Source of the DNA: an uncultured delta proteobacterium
GTDB taxonomy: Bacteria > Myxococcota_A > Polyangia > Polyangiales > Polyangiaceae
Length of the DNA stretch: 64,000 nt
Direction of reading: 5' to 3'
Assembly: GCA_963841435.1 (NCBI GenBank)
Contig: CAWJCS010000005.1
Span: forward strand, 736,001-800,000
Under the pieces are notes generated by a model. That model did no database searches. It had not been told where the DNA came from and saw only the letters and a list, made by a program, of their open reading frames with translations. Shown one piece after another: positions 38,392-48,638 of this stretch. The stretch's first letter is position 1. Each line of letters begins with the position of its first letter. Position numbers and translations under genes: made by a program.

Positions 38392-41300
38392 TCAGAATAC
38401 GCCGATGCTGAAGTGAAAGGCGCCGATCGCCTCCCACGTGCGCTTGCCGGACCGGCTGGGAAACAGCTCGTCGAGCACGCGATCGGCGTTCAGGCCGTAG
38501 TCGAACACGAGCGGCCCGATGGGCGTGCCGATGCGCAGCCCGCTGCCCGCCGAGTAGCGAAGATCGAAGGGGTTCACGAGCCGTGGATCCGTCCACAGGT
38601 TGCCGGCATCGACGAAGATCGCCGTTTGGACGTTGCCGGTCAGCGGGATGCGCAGCTCGAGGCGCGGGTTGACGTAGGCGTCGCCACCGCGAATCACGAT
38701 CTCGCTCACGTCGAGGTGCGCGTTCGGATCCAGGAGCTGGCGCGCGATGTCCTCGGGGATGAGCGAGTCCTGGGCGAACCCCCGCACGCTGTCGGCACCG
38801 CCGAGGAACATCAGACGATCAGGATAGGTGCGCGAGTCCTTGATCAGCTGGTCGACCAGGCCGCCGCGCAGGCTGATGGCGAGCGCCATGCCGCGCTCGC
38901 TGAGCCGGAGGTAGCCGGCGATACGGCCCTCGTAGCGCATGAAGTCGCTCGTGGTGGCCGCGAACACGCTCGTGCCGCCCGAGGCCGTGCCGGCGACGGG
39001 CGTCGCGTGCACGTGCTCGGCGCCTAGCGCAATCAGCGTGCCCGCGGTGGCGTCGAGCGGATTGTCGCGCCGGTCCCACGCCGCTCGAAGCTGCTCCGCA
39101 ATGGCGCGAGTCGTCCCTTCGGGAACGCGAAAGGTGTTGGCCTGGGAGGGATTTTTCTGCACGTAGTCTTCGAGCGCGCCTTTCTCCGTCTCGCCGAAAA
39201 TCGCCGCGTCGTTGAGCTCGAGCGAGCCGCCGATCTGGAACGTGAGCCCGCGCGTGGGGCGAAAATGCAGGGTGACGATGGCCGCGTCCTTGGTGAGGCC
39301 GTAGTCGCGCGCGTTGTCGCGCACGTCGACGCCGTCGACCGCGAGTCGAAAGAGCGGCCCGAGGCCGATCTCGGGGAACTCGACGGTCGCCGTGTTGCGA
39401 CGCTCGAGGCGCTGCCCGATGTCGAGCTCGTCGTATTTTCGCTGTACGGAGCTGTCGAGGATCAGCGCGTTCGGCAGATAGCCGAGCTGGCTCGCGAGCC
39501 TGAGCTGGATGGCCTCGCCGCCGGCGTTCCTGTGGCCGTACTCGAAGGTGATGCGCACGCCTTCGCCGGTGCTGAAGCCCGGCCGCACGTCGAGGTACTG
39601 GGGCTTTCGCTCTTCGACGCGGACGGCCACGGCCTTCTCGCGCGCCGGCACGTACGGATCCTCGAAGCCGACGTTGACCGACGAAAAGACGGCGAGCTGG
39701 CCCAGGCGCTCCTCGGTGAGCCGCACGAGGCTGCGCTGGTAGAGGCCCCCGACCTTGAGCGCCACCCGGCTGCGGATCAGCGCTTCGCTCGTGCTGCGCG
39801 CCCCGATGATGTCGATGCGCGAGACCTTGACCGGCTCGCGCTCGCTGATGATGAAGCGCGCTCGCCCGCGCGTGTGGTCGGCCGAAAGGTCGAGCGTCAC
39901 GTCAACCTCGGCAAAGGCGAACCCCGACTCGGCGTAGAGGTCCATCAGCCTGCGACGCGCCTTCTCGAGCTCAACCTGCGACACGGGCGCCCCGAGCGTG
40001 AGGTCGGCCGCTTCGGCGAGCTCGCGCTCCACGAGCACGCGGTTGCCCTCGAACGACGTGTCGTAGAGCATGGTGCGGGGCCCGAGCTTGATGGGCAGGT
40101 GCAGCACGGCTTCAGGCTCGCAGCTGACGCCGCGCCGTGGATCGGAATGACAGGTGAGCGCGGGGTCGCTGGGGAGCTCGTTGAACGGGTAACCCAACGG
40201 CGTCGTAGCGACACTCGGTCGCGGGCCGGAGCCGCGGACCCTTCGCTCGGCAGGCGCCGGGCGGCGAGTACGGATCGCAGGTGCGGCGCACGAGCGTCGC
40301 CGGCCCCACGCTCGCCGACAGATAGCCCTGAGCACGGAACAGATCCTTCAGATGCTCGATGGCTTTGTCGTAAACGTCCGCCGCGTAGCGGGTCCACGGG
40401 CTGCCCGCGGGGCGCGCGCGTCGAGGCCCGTAGCCGCGGTCCGGACCGTAAACCTGCCCGACCGCGGCCTCATCGACGGGTCCGATGAGCTCGCTGCCCG
40501 GCAAGTCCGAGAGAAAGCTGTCGATTTCGCTGCCGACGTCGGAGGGGGTCCGGTCGCCGCTCAGACAGGGGTACTCGCGCGCCACGACGCGCACTTGCGC
40601 CCCTTCGCGCACGCGGAATACGAGCTCGTGAATGCCGGCGTCGGCGGCACCGCGCTCCTCGCTGACGACGGTCGCATCCAGATAGCCGTGCTCGAGGTAG
40701 AAATCCCGGACGCGGTCCGCGAGCAGCACCGGGTCGCGTTCCTCGGAGTCGTCGAGATCGAGCGCTTCTTCGAGCGCATCGGCGTCGAAGGCGTGATTGC
40801 CCTCGAACACGAGGCGGATCAAAGGCCCTGCGCGCACGTCGACGTCGAGCAACGTGGCGGATCCGCGCTTCACCAGGCGGTGCGAGACGGTGGCGCGGAA
40901 GAACCCACGATCCTTGAGGTCCTCGGCGAGCGCCTCGTCGGCGGCCTCGAGCTCGACGGCGTCCGCACGGTCTCCCGCGTCCACGTCGTACCCCGAGAGC
41001 GCTTCATGCAGCCCCGGTGCGTGGGGGTCGGGCCACACCCCGAACCAGCGCTCCTGCAGCCTGAGCTCGGGGCCCGCCCTCACGTCGAGGAGGAGCACGA
41101 CGTTCAGGGGGTCGTCGGTGTCGAGGCTGCGTGCCGTGACGTGCGCGGCCGGGTAACCCCGCCGCTCGAGCTCGCTCTCGAGAAGGGCGGCAATCCGTGG
41201 CAAATCCTGGAAGGTGAGGTCGTCGCCAATCTTGGGCGCGCCCTCCCCGAAGAGCTCGTCGCGCGGGAACGGCGCGCCCGCGAGGTCGATGCGCCGGATC

Positions 41301-41662
41301 ACGCGGCGTGGCAAAACGACGTAGCGCAACACCACGCCACCGTCCTGGTTCTCGACCTCGATGCGCGCGCTCGCAAAGCGCCCGCTGTCGAGCAGATCGC
41401 GCAGACCCTGACGCGCGAGGTCGGGCGAAAAGGGCTGCCCCGGGTGAACGCGCGTGACGCGGCCGTAAGAGACGAGGCGCCCGGATTCGCCGACGACGAG
41501 GACACGCGTGACGGGGCGACCGACGAGGGCTTGGAGGTTCGGCGGGGGGGCGAGCGTCGGGACGCGGGGGCTCGCTGCCGGGGTGAGCACGGGCTCGGCA
41601 AGGGCCGCGTGGGTGAGCGTCGAAGCGAGCGCGACCAGCCGAAGCGCTCGCGCCTTGCTCAT
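38392..41662 (-). CDS. Omp85 (BamA/TamA family) protein with multiple POTRA domains; +1 frameshift near 40183
   Basis: ORF 40112..41662 (signal, POTRAs) plus ORF 38392.. (POTRAs, LGGADSVRGF, FVDAGN, TPIGP, terminal F). Removing one base gives 1090 codons. Confidence 0.88.
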
Positions 41663-41763
41663 CGCGCTTGTCTTACCACCGACCGTCGCCGCGCCCGAGC
41701 CCGGAGGTCGGTCGACCTGCTCGAGATTCGCCGGAGCCCGGGGATTGGGCTATTCAGACCTCG

Positions 41764-43038
41764 ATGACCGAGGCCGCGCTGCCCGACAAGCCCGTCGCCG
41801 CGCGCTCGCGTGCGGCCGGCAGGCTGAGGCGCTACTTGCCCCGCGCGGCTGCGTTTCTGGGCGTGGCCACGGCGCTGTTGTGGTGGGCGGTCCACCGCTT
41901 CGATTGGATGGGCCCGCTCGTGGCGAACAGCCTGAGGGCCGTGGTCGGCGTGGACGCCGTCGCCCACCTCGAGGACTTCGTCTACGAGCTCGAGGACGCG
42001 AAGAACCGACTTTTCCGGCGCCACGAGGCGCCCCAGGCGCGCTGGACCGTCGCGCCCGTGAAGCCCCCGCCGCCGCCCGCGTCGGCCGCCGCCGAAACGC
42101 CGGGCGAGCCCGTGCGCTTGCCGCCGTTCCAGCCCAAGGACCCCGGGCCTGCCCTCAAGTCGTGGTCCGCGCCGGGCGACGGCGTGTGGGTGCCGATCGT
42201 CGATCCACGCAGGCCGTCGGAGGAGCCGTACATGATGAAGACGCTCCTCCACCCGGATCCCGAGCGCGGCTGGGCCGAGGTCTTCGTCGTCGCAATCGAC
42301 CTCAGGCGCGTGAGGCTCGAGATCGTCGCGGGGAGCCAGGAGCCCAAGGCCGACAACCCCGAGGGCGAGGCGCTCGAGCGCCCGGCCGTGATTCCGAGCG
42401 CCGACCACGAGGAGCTGCTCGCGGCGTTCAACGGCGGCTTCATGACCGAGCACGGCGGCTACGGCTTCAAGCTCGGCTCGCTCACCGTCGTCGAACCCAA
42501 GGACAAGGCGTGCGCCATCGCGGCGTACCCCGACGGCGGTCTGCGCATCGCGCCGTGGCCGGAGCTCAAGGCCGACGAGCCCAAGCTGCTCTGGCTGCGC
42601 GAGGCACCGGAGTGCATGGTGCACGAAAGCAAGCTCCATCCCGGCATCCTCTACGTGACGGGCAATCGCAAATGGGGCGCGACGCTCGACGGCGAGACCG
42701 TGATCCGACGCTCGGGCATCGGGCTCGACGCGTCACGCCAGGTCCTCTACGTCTCGATCACCAATCACACGAATGCGCGCGTGTTCGCCGAGGGGATGCG
42801 CCACGCCGGCGCCGTCGACGTGGCGCAGCTCGACGTGAACTGGTCCTACCCGAAGTTCGTGCTCTTCGAGCCGAAGGAACCGGGCGGTCCGAGAAAAGCG
42901 GTGGCGCTCGCGAGCGGCTTCGAGTTTTCGGAAGACGAATACATTCGAAAGCGCGCGCGTCGGGACTTCTTCTACCTGGTCAGAAAGCCGCCGGGCGTGA
43001 CGCCCGCGAAGAACGAAGCCAACCAAAAGACGGACTGA
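41764..43038 (+). CDS. Phosphodiester glycosidase (NAGPA-like) family membrane protein
   Basis: N-terminal TM, LLAAFNGGF, RRSGIG, AQLDVN. Confidence 0.65.
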   Translation: MTEAALPDKPVAARSRAAGRLRRYLPRAAAFLGVATALLWWAVHRFDWMGPLVANSLRAVVGVDAVAHLEDFVYELEDAKNRLFRRHEAPQARWTVAPVKPPPPPASAAAETPGEPVRLPPFQPKDPGPALKSWSAPGDGVWVPIVDPRRPSEEPYMMKTLLHPDPERGWAEVFVVAIDLRRVRLEIVAGSQEPKADNPEGEALERPAVIPSADHEELLAAFNGGFMTEHGGYGFKLGSLTVVEPKDKACAIAAYPDGGLRIAPWPELKADEPKLLWLREAPECMVHESKLHPGILYVTGNRKWGATLDGETVIRRSGIGLDASRQVLYVSITNHTNARVFAEGMRHAGAVDVAQLDVNWSYPKFVLFEPKEPGGPRKAVALASGFEFSEDEYIRKRARRDFFYLVRKPPGVTPAKNEANQKTD

Positions 43039-43159
43039 ACCGTGCGCAGGCGCGAAAGCGTCGGGGTCAGAGGGAGGCCGTCGCCGGCGAACGAAGGGGC
43101 CGAATCGTGGGAAGGGCGTGGGCTCGCGTCGCGGGGCGCGCCGTTGTAAAATGGTGAAA

Positions 43160-44722
43160 ATGCGCGATCGTGCCGACGGGCGTCGGTTGCCAAGACCTCT
43201 CGTGCGCTTTACCCCTCCCCTCGTCGGTGCGTGCCTCGTCGCGGCCGCCGCAACGGGCTGCGGTAGCAGCGACGACGACGCAACCGGCACCGCGGGCGCG
43301 GTGTCAGGCGGGTCGGGCGGCACGCCGGGCAATGGCGGCAGCTCGGGAGCGGCGGCCGGGTCGGGCAAGGGCGGCACGGCGGGAAAAGGTGGCGGCGCGA
43401 GCGGTGGTGCCTCGGGCGGCACGGCGGGCGCCCCGGGGGGAAGCGGTGGAGCAGGCGGCGATGCAGCAGCGAGCGGCAGCGGGAACAGCGGCGGGAGCGG
43501 GGCGACGGGCGGCACCGGTGGCATGGCGGGCGTCGGCGCGACCGGTGGGGCCGGAGGCAGCGGTGGCTCACCGACCGGCTGCGACGCGGGTGACCTGCTT
43601 TCGGCGCTCGGCCAGGACCACCTCGTCATCGGTGCGGCGATGGCGGACGAGACGGCGACCGCGACGCCGTTCGAGCTCCGCTACATCTATCTCTCCGGCG
43701 GTTTCCCGGACGGCAGCGCGCCGTGCTCGCGCTGCGACTCGGGCTGCAGCACAGCGGGCACGAGCTGCGCCAACACGGCGGGCTGCGCCTGGTGGGGTTG
43801 CTGGCAATACGACCAGGATCCGCCGGGCGTGTACGCCCGCGACTTCGTGGCCAACGCCGAGAGCGACGGGCAGATCCCGATGTTCACCTGGTACGAAATC
43901 CTCCAGGCTTCGGGCGCGAGCGAGGGGCGAGGCGAGGTCAACGCCGCAAACGACGCCACGTTCATGCAGCGCTACTACGCGAACTATCGCTTCCTGCTCG
44001 AGCAGATCGGGCAGAGCGTCGCCATCGTCCACCTCGAGCCCGACTTCTGGGGCTACGTCGAGCAGGCGAACGACGACCCGACGAAGGTACCCGCCGCGGT
44101 CGCGAGCGCGAACGCCGTGGATTGCGGCGACCTGCCGAACGACGCCACGGGGCTCGGCCGCTGCCTCGTGCGCATGACGCACAGCTACGCGCCGAATGCC
44201 AAGGTGGGCCTGCACGCGTCGGGCTGGGCCACGAATATGGACGTGCTCAGAAATAGCGATCCGGGCCTCAACGTCGCCGGCGAGGCCCAGAAGCTCGGCG
44301 CCTTCCTCGCCGCGCTCGCGCCCGACGCCGACCTCGTGATCGCCGACATCGACGACCGCGATGCGGCCTACTGGGAAGCCAACGGCCGCGATACCTGGCT
44401 CGACGACACGAACCAGACACTACCGAGCTTTCACCAGCTCTTCGCCTGGGCGACGGTGCTCGCCGAGACCACGAAGCAGCCTCTCTTGTGGTGGCAGGTG
44501 CCGGTCGGCAACATGGACCTTCCGAACCAGAACCAAGCGTGGCAGGACAACTGCGTGGACTACCTCATGACCCATCTCGAGGAGGTGGCCGCCGCGCACG
44601 GCATCGGCGTGGCGTTCGGCGCCGGCAACGGCGAGACCACGACGCCCGAGACCGACGGCGGGCACCTCGCGTCGCTGGTCTCCGCGTACGCGGCCACGAG
44701 CGGCCAGTCGCCCTGTCCCTGA
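43160..44722 (+). CDS. Lipoprotein with Gly-rich linker and putative glycoside hydrolase domain
   Basis: ATGC lipobox, Gly/Ser linker, RYIYLSGG, IVHLEPDFWGY, WWQVPVGN. Confidence 0.65.
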   Translation: MRDRADGRRLPRPLVRFTPPLVGACLVAAAATGCGSSDDDATGTAGAVSGGSGGTPGNGGSSGAAAGSGKGGTAGKGGGASGGASGGTAGAPGGSGGAGGDAAASGSGNSGGSGATGGTGGMAGVGATGGAGGSGGSPTGCDAGDLLSALGQDHLVIGAAMADETATATPFELRYIYLSGGFPDGSAPCSRCDSGCSTAGTSCANTAGCAWWGCWQYDQDPPGVYARDFVANAESDGQIPMFTWYEILQASGASEGRGEVNAANDATFMQRYYANYRFLLEQIGQSVAIVHLEPDFWGYVEQANDDPTKVPAAVASANAVDCGDLPNDATGLGRCLVRMTHSYAPNAKVGLHASGWATNMDVLRNSDPGLNVAGEAQKLGAFLAALAPDADLVIADIDDRDAAYWEANGRDTWLDDTNQTLPSFHQLFAWATVLAETTKQPLLWWQVPVGNMDLPNQNQAWQDNCVDYLMTHLEEVAAAHGIGVAFGAGNGETTTPETDGGHLASLVSAYAATSGQSPCP

Positions 44723-44741
44723 CGCCCGAGGCGAACGACCC

Positions 44742-45617
44742 TTGCCCGAGCTGCCCGAGGTCGAGGTCACGCGGCGAGCAGTGCTGCCGCACCTCGTCAA
44801 CCGACGCATCTCGCGCGTCACGACGACTGGCCCGAGCTACTTCTTCCTGACGCCGCCGGCGACGCTCGCGCGGCGCCTGGTAGGCCGGCACGTGGTCACG
44901 CTCGAACGCCACGGCAAGTACCTGCTGGCGACGCTCGACGACGAGACCCGCCTGCTCTTGCACCTCGGCATGACGGGTCAGCTCTTCGTCTCGGGCTCGC
45001 GCAGCGTGCGGCTGCTCTCGAGCGAGAAACGGGCGACGCTCGATCCCGCGGTGCAGCCGGCCTTTCGCCCCGACGCCCACACGCACCTCGCGCTCCGCTT
45101 CGCCGACGGCCCGCCCGACCTCTACTTTCGCGACGTGAGAAAATTCGGGAAATGCGCGCTCTTGCCGCGCGGAGGCGACGACCCACGCTTGAAGAAGCTG
45201 GGCGTCGACGCGCTCGGCGTGACGCCGGCGGCGCTCTTCGAGGCCACGCGGAAGCGTCGCATCGCCATCAAGAGCTTGCTGCTCGATCAATCGATCATCG
45301 CGGGCGTCGGCAACATCTACGCCGACGAGGCGCTGTTCTTCGCCGGGGTGCGCCCGACGCGCCGCGCGGCGACCCTCGACCAGAAAACATGCGCGGCGCT
45401 GGCACGCGCCGTGCGGCGCGTGCTCGAGCGCGCGATCCGTCGCGGCGGCTCGTCGATCGACGACTTCGTGCGTCCCGACGGCTCGGACGGCAGCTACCAG
45501 CTCGAGCGGCGCGTGTACGCCCGCACGGGTGAGCCATGCCGTCGCTGCAAGACGCCGATCCGCCGGGTGGTCATCGGCCAGCGCTCCGCCCACTTTTGCC
45601 CCGAGTGCCAGCGCTGA
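44742..45617 (+). CDS. mutM: Formamidopyrimidine-DNA glycosylase
   Basis: PELPEVE, HLGMTG, LLDQ..IAGVGNIYADE, C-terminal zinc finger. Confidence 0.96.
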   Translation: MPELPEVEVTRRAVLPHLVNRRISRVTTTGPSYFFLTPPATLARRLVGRHVVTLERHGKYLLATLDDETRLLLHLGMTGQLFVSGSRSVRLLSSEKRATLDPAVQPAFRPDAHTHLALRFADGPPDLYFRDVRKFGKCALLPRGGDDPRLKKLGVDALGVTPAALFEATRKRRIAIKSLLLDQSIIAGVGNIYADEALFFAGVRPTRRAATLDQKTCAALARAVRRVLERAIRRGGSSIDDFVRPDGSDGSYQLERRVYARTGEPCRRCKTPIRRVVIGQRSAHFCPECQR

Positions 45618-45700
45618 AGCGCGAGCTGCCCCGGGGTGGCTCACCGGCGTTGGATTGCCAGGAACATCATCGGGGCTTCGTACGCAAGCTCGAGCGCGTC

Positions 45701-46331
45701 GCCGGTCGTCGAGCTTCATGGTTTCGCGTCCGTCCGAGGTGCAGGCGAGCACGAAATCGCGCTCGGGGAAGGGACGCCGCCGGTACGCGACGCAGTGGTC
45801 GAAGTTCGGAATTCCCGTCACGACGACGCGTGAAGGCTCGGCGCCGCGCTGGATCATTTGCTGGCGAAAACCTTCGCTCGCCGCGCAGAAGCGCTCGCAG
45901 ACGTTGCTCGTGCCGGTGTACGTGGTACCCGAGAGCCAGCGCGGCAAGAAGGGCAACACGCGCCGCGCATGAAACCAGAACCGCTCCGGATCCAACATGC
46001 CTTCTTGCACGCCGACGAGCGGCGGGCGCCGGAGCCCCATCGGGACGACAACGTCCGAGCTCGTCACGACGAGATCGTACGGTCCGTCGAGCCCGCCCAC
46101 GTCGAGCTCGAGCCCGTGACGCCGCACGTACGTTTCGCACACGTCGCGCTGCTTCCCGCCGAGCGACGTGCGCTCGAGCAGGCCGGCACGCGCCGCCGCG
46201 TCGAGCAGACCGTCACCGAAGTAGGGCGAGAAGGCGGCATCGAACTCGCCGAGCTCGCGAGCGACGGCATGCACCTGGGACGTCATGTTGAGCGTCCCTC
46301 CGACGAACAGGGCTCTAGGCCTCGCGCGCAT
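45701..46331 (-). pseudogene. 3'-truncated GT-B-fold (UDP-GlcNAc 2-epimerase-like) gene
   Basis: YDLVVTSSD, VQEGMLDPE, RVVVTGIPNFD, then coding character stops after RETMKLDDR. The frame runs antisense through mutM. Confidence 0.65.
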
Positions 46332-46473
46332 CCGCAACCCAAGCTGAACACCCAATCAGCGGGGTTTTGGCGGCAGTTTTGCAGCAATCGTGTGGCCGAA
46401 GCGGCACGAGGGCCGAATGGGCAGCCCGCCGACCCGTTTGTCACGCTCCGGGCGCCCCGATACGGTCGAGGGG

Positions 46474-47178
46474 ATGGACCTCGATACCGCCAAGCGGCTC
46501 GCCGCGGCGGCCGCCGCCGACCTGCTCCCCACCGAGGGCGTGATCGGGCTCGGCTCGGGCAGCACGACACGCTTCTTCATCGCGGAGGTGGGCAAGCTCG
46601 TCGCCCGGGGGCACGCGCTCGCCGGAGTGCCGACGAGCCGCCGGAGCCGCGAGCTCGCGACGGAGCTCGGCATTCCCCAGCTCGACGACTTCGGCCCCTG
46701 GTCGATCGACGTGTGCGTCGACGGCGCCGACGAGGTGAGCGAGGAGCTCGATCTCATCAAGGGCGGCGGGGGCGCACACACGCGCGAGAAGATCGTCAAC
46801 CGCTATTCTCGACAGAACGTGATCATCGTCAACGAATCGAAGCTGAGCCGAAGGCTCGGTGAACGACGTGCCGTGCCGGTGGAGGTCGTCGTCTTCGGGC
46901 ACCGCGCGACGGGCGATGCCCTCGGGCGCTTCGGGACCGCGGTGCTGCGTTTCGCCAGCGACAATCCGTTCGTCACGGATTCCGGGAACTACATCTACGA
47001 CGTGAGCACGGGCCCGATCGCGGATCCCGTGGAGCTCGAGGAAGAGCTCTGCCACCTGCCCGGCGTGATCGAAACGGGCCTTTTCTGTGGGCGCGCGGAC
47101 ATCGTGATCGTCGCTTTCAAAAATAGCGTCGAGCTCTGGCACCGCGATGGGCGCCGCACGACTGCTCCCCCACCGTAA
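46474..47178 (+). CDS. rpiA: Ribose-5-phosphate isomerase A
   Basis: GLGSGST, DGADEV, IKGGGGA..EK, PGVIETGLF. Confidence 0.95.
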   Translation: MDLDTAKRLAAAAAADLLPTEGVIGLGSGSTTRFFIAEVGKLVARGHALAGVPTSRRSRELATELGIPQLDDFGPWSIDVCVDGADEVSEELDLIKGGGGAHTREKIVNRYSRQNVIIVNESKLSRRLGERRAVPVEVVVFGHRATGDALGRFGTAVLRFASDNPFVTDSGNYIYDVSTGPIADPVELEEELCHLPGVIETGLFCGRADIVIVAFKNSVELWHRDGRRTTAPPP

Positions 47179-47292
47179 ACGTCGGTGCGCGGGGCTTGTT
47201 GTCACGCGGGCGGGAGGGTGGTTCACTCCGACCATGCAGCGACGCCCCGGTCGTGCACGGTCGGCTCGGGGCACACGCAGGCGAGGGCTTTC

Positions 47293-47958
47293 ATGAAGGT
47301 CGTGCTGTTCGGCGCCACGGGCATGGTCGGCAAGGGCGTTCTACTCGAGTGCCTGGACGATCCCGCCGTAACGACCGTGCTCGCCATCGGACGGAGCTCG
47401 TGCGGTGTCACGCACGCGAAGCTCCAAGAGATCCTGCACCACGATTTCACGGACTACTCGAGCCTGGGCGCCCTTTTCTCGGGCTACGACGCGTGCTTCT
47501 TTTGCCTCGGCATCTCGTCGGTGGGCATGAGCGAAAAGGACTACCGGCACGTCACGCTCGACTTCACGCTGGCGGCGGCCGAGGCGTTGCTCCAAAGCAA
47601 TCCGGGCCTCACCTTCGTGTTCGTGTCGGGCATGGGCACCGACGAGAGCGGCAAAAGCAGCATGATGTGGGCCCGGGTCAAGGGCGAGACCGAGAACCGC
47701 CTGCTCGCGATGCCCTTCAAGGCGGCGTTCATGTTCCGCCCCGGCATCATCCAGCCGCTGCGGGGCGTCGCGGCCAGGGGCACGTTCACGCGCATGGCGT
47801 ATGCGCTCGGCCGGCCGCTGTTCCCACTCTTGAAAGCGCTCTCGCCGCGCTCGGTCACGACCACCGAGCGCATCGGACGCGCGATGATCAAGCTCGCGCT
47901 CGAAGGTGGCGAGCGCCGCTACTTCGAAAACGCCGACATCAACGCTTTGGTTTCTTAG
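47293..47958 (+). CDS. NAD(P)-binding Rossmann-fold epimerase/oxidoreductase
   Basis: FGATGMVG, DACFFCLG, WARVKGETEN. Confidence 0.88.
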   Translation: MKVVLFGATGMVGKGVLLECLDDPAVTTVLAIGRSSCGVTHAKLQEILHHDFTDYSSLGALFSGYDACFFCLGISSVGMSEKDYRHVTLDFTLAAAEALLQSNPGLTFVFVSGMGTDESGKSSMMWARVKGETENRLLAMPFKAAFMFRPGIIQPLRGVAARGTFTRMAYALGRPLFPLLKALSPRSVTTTERIGRAMIKLALEGGERRYFENADINALVS

Positions 47959-48538
47959 CTGCTGCGCCCGACTTGCCTCGCCCGAGCTCGATGAGGCTGC
48001 GTACGGTGCGGTAGTTGCGGAGTGTGCCCACGGTGCCGAGCGTGGCGTCGAAATAGGCGTTCGTCAGCTTGGTGCGCGCGACACCGTTCGGCAAAAACAG
48101 GTAGACGTTGCTGCCGCGTACTTCGAAGGCGTCGGGGGCGGAGCGCTTCGCGTCGAGTCGCTTCACCTGGGCCGGGCTCGGGCGATCGGCGAGAAAAAGC
48201 AGGTGGCAGGAGCCCTCGTCGGCGCCCCGCTTCAAGAACGGATTGTCGCGATGAGCGGCCTCGAGCTCGGCGAGGCTGCGCACGACCACGGGCGCCTCGA
48301 AGCCGAAGCCCTCGGCGATCGCGCGCGCGACGCGCCCGGGAACGCCCTTCGCCACCGCCTTGGACGCCGCATAGACGACGTTGCCGCTCTGGATGAACGT
48401 GCTCACGTCCCGGCAGCCGGACTTAATGAAGAGGTCGGCGAGCGCCTTCATCGGTAGGCCGTGCCGACCGCCGACGTTGATGCCGCGAAGGAGCGCCACG
48501 TAGATGTCCGCACCTGCGCTGGCCGGGCTTTTGGTCAC
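47939..48538 (-). CDS. DUF1697 family protein
   Basis: YVALLRGINVGG, TFIQSGNVV, TLRNYRTV. Confidence 0.88.
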   Translation of the reverse strand: MTKSPASAGADIYVALLRGINVGGRHGLPMKALADLFIKSGCRDVSTFIQSGNVVYAASKAVAKGVPGRVARAIAEGFGFEAPVVVRSLAELEAAHRDNPFLKRGADEGSCHLLFLADRPSPAQVKRLDAKRSAPDAFEVRGSNVYLFLPNGVARTKLTNAYFDATLGTVGTLRNYRTVRSLIELGRGKSGAAAKKPKR

Positions 48539-48638
48539 GCCGAGCATCCTAGCTCCCCGGGCTCCAAGGGGTGCACCCCTCGCGCGATGGGGGTACGCTC
48601 CGGCGCTCCTTTCGGCCTTCAGCATCCCTCATGCCGGC

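Noticed and set aside
44565..45640. C-terminal two thirds of the 596-aa ORF 44565..46355
   Set aside because: Read-through antisense to mutM after the truncation point. Not protein-like.
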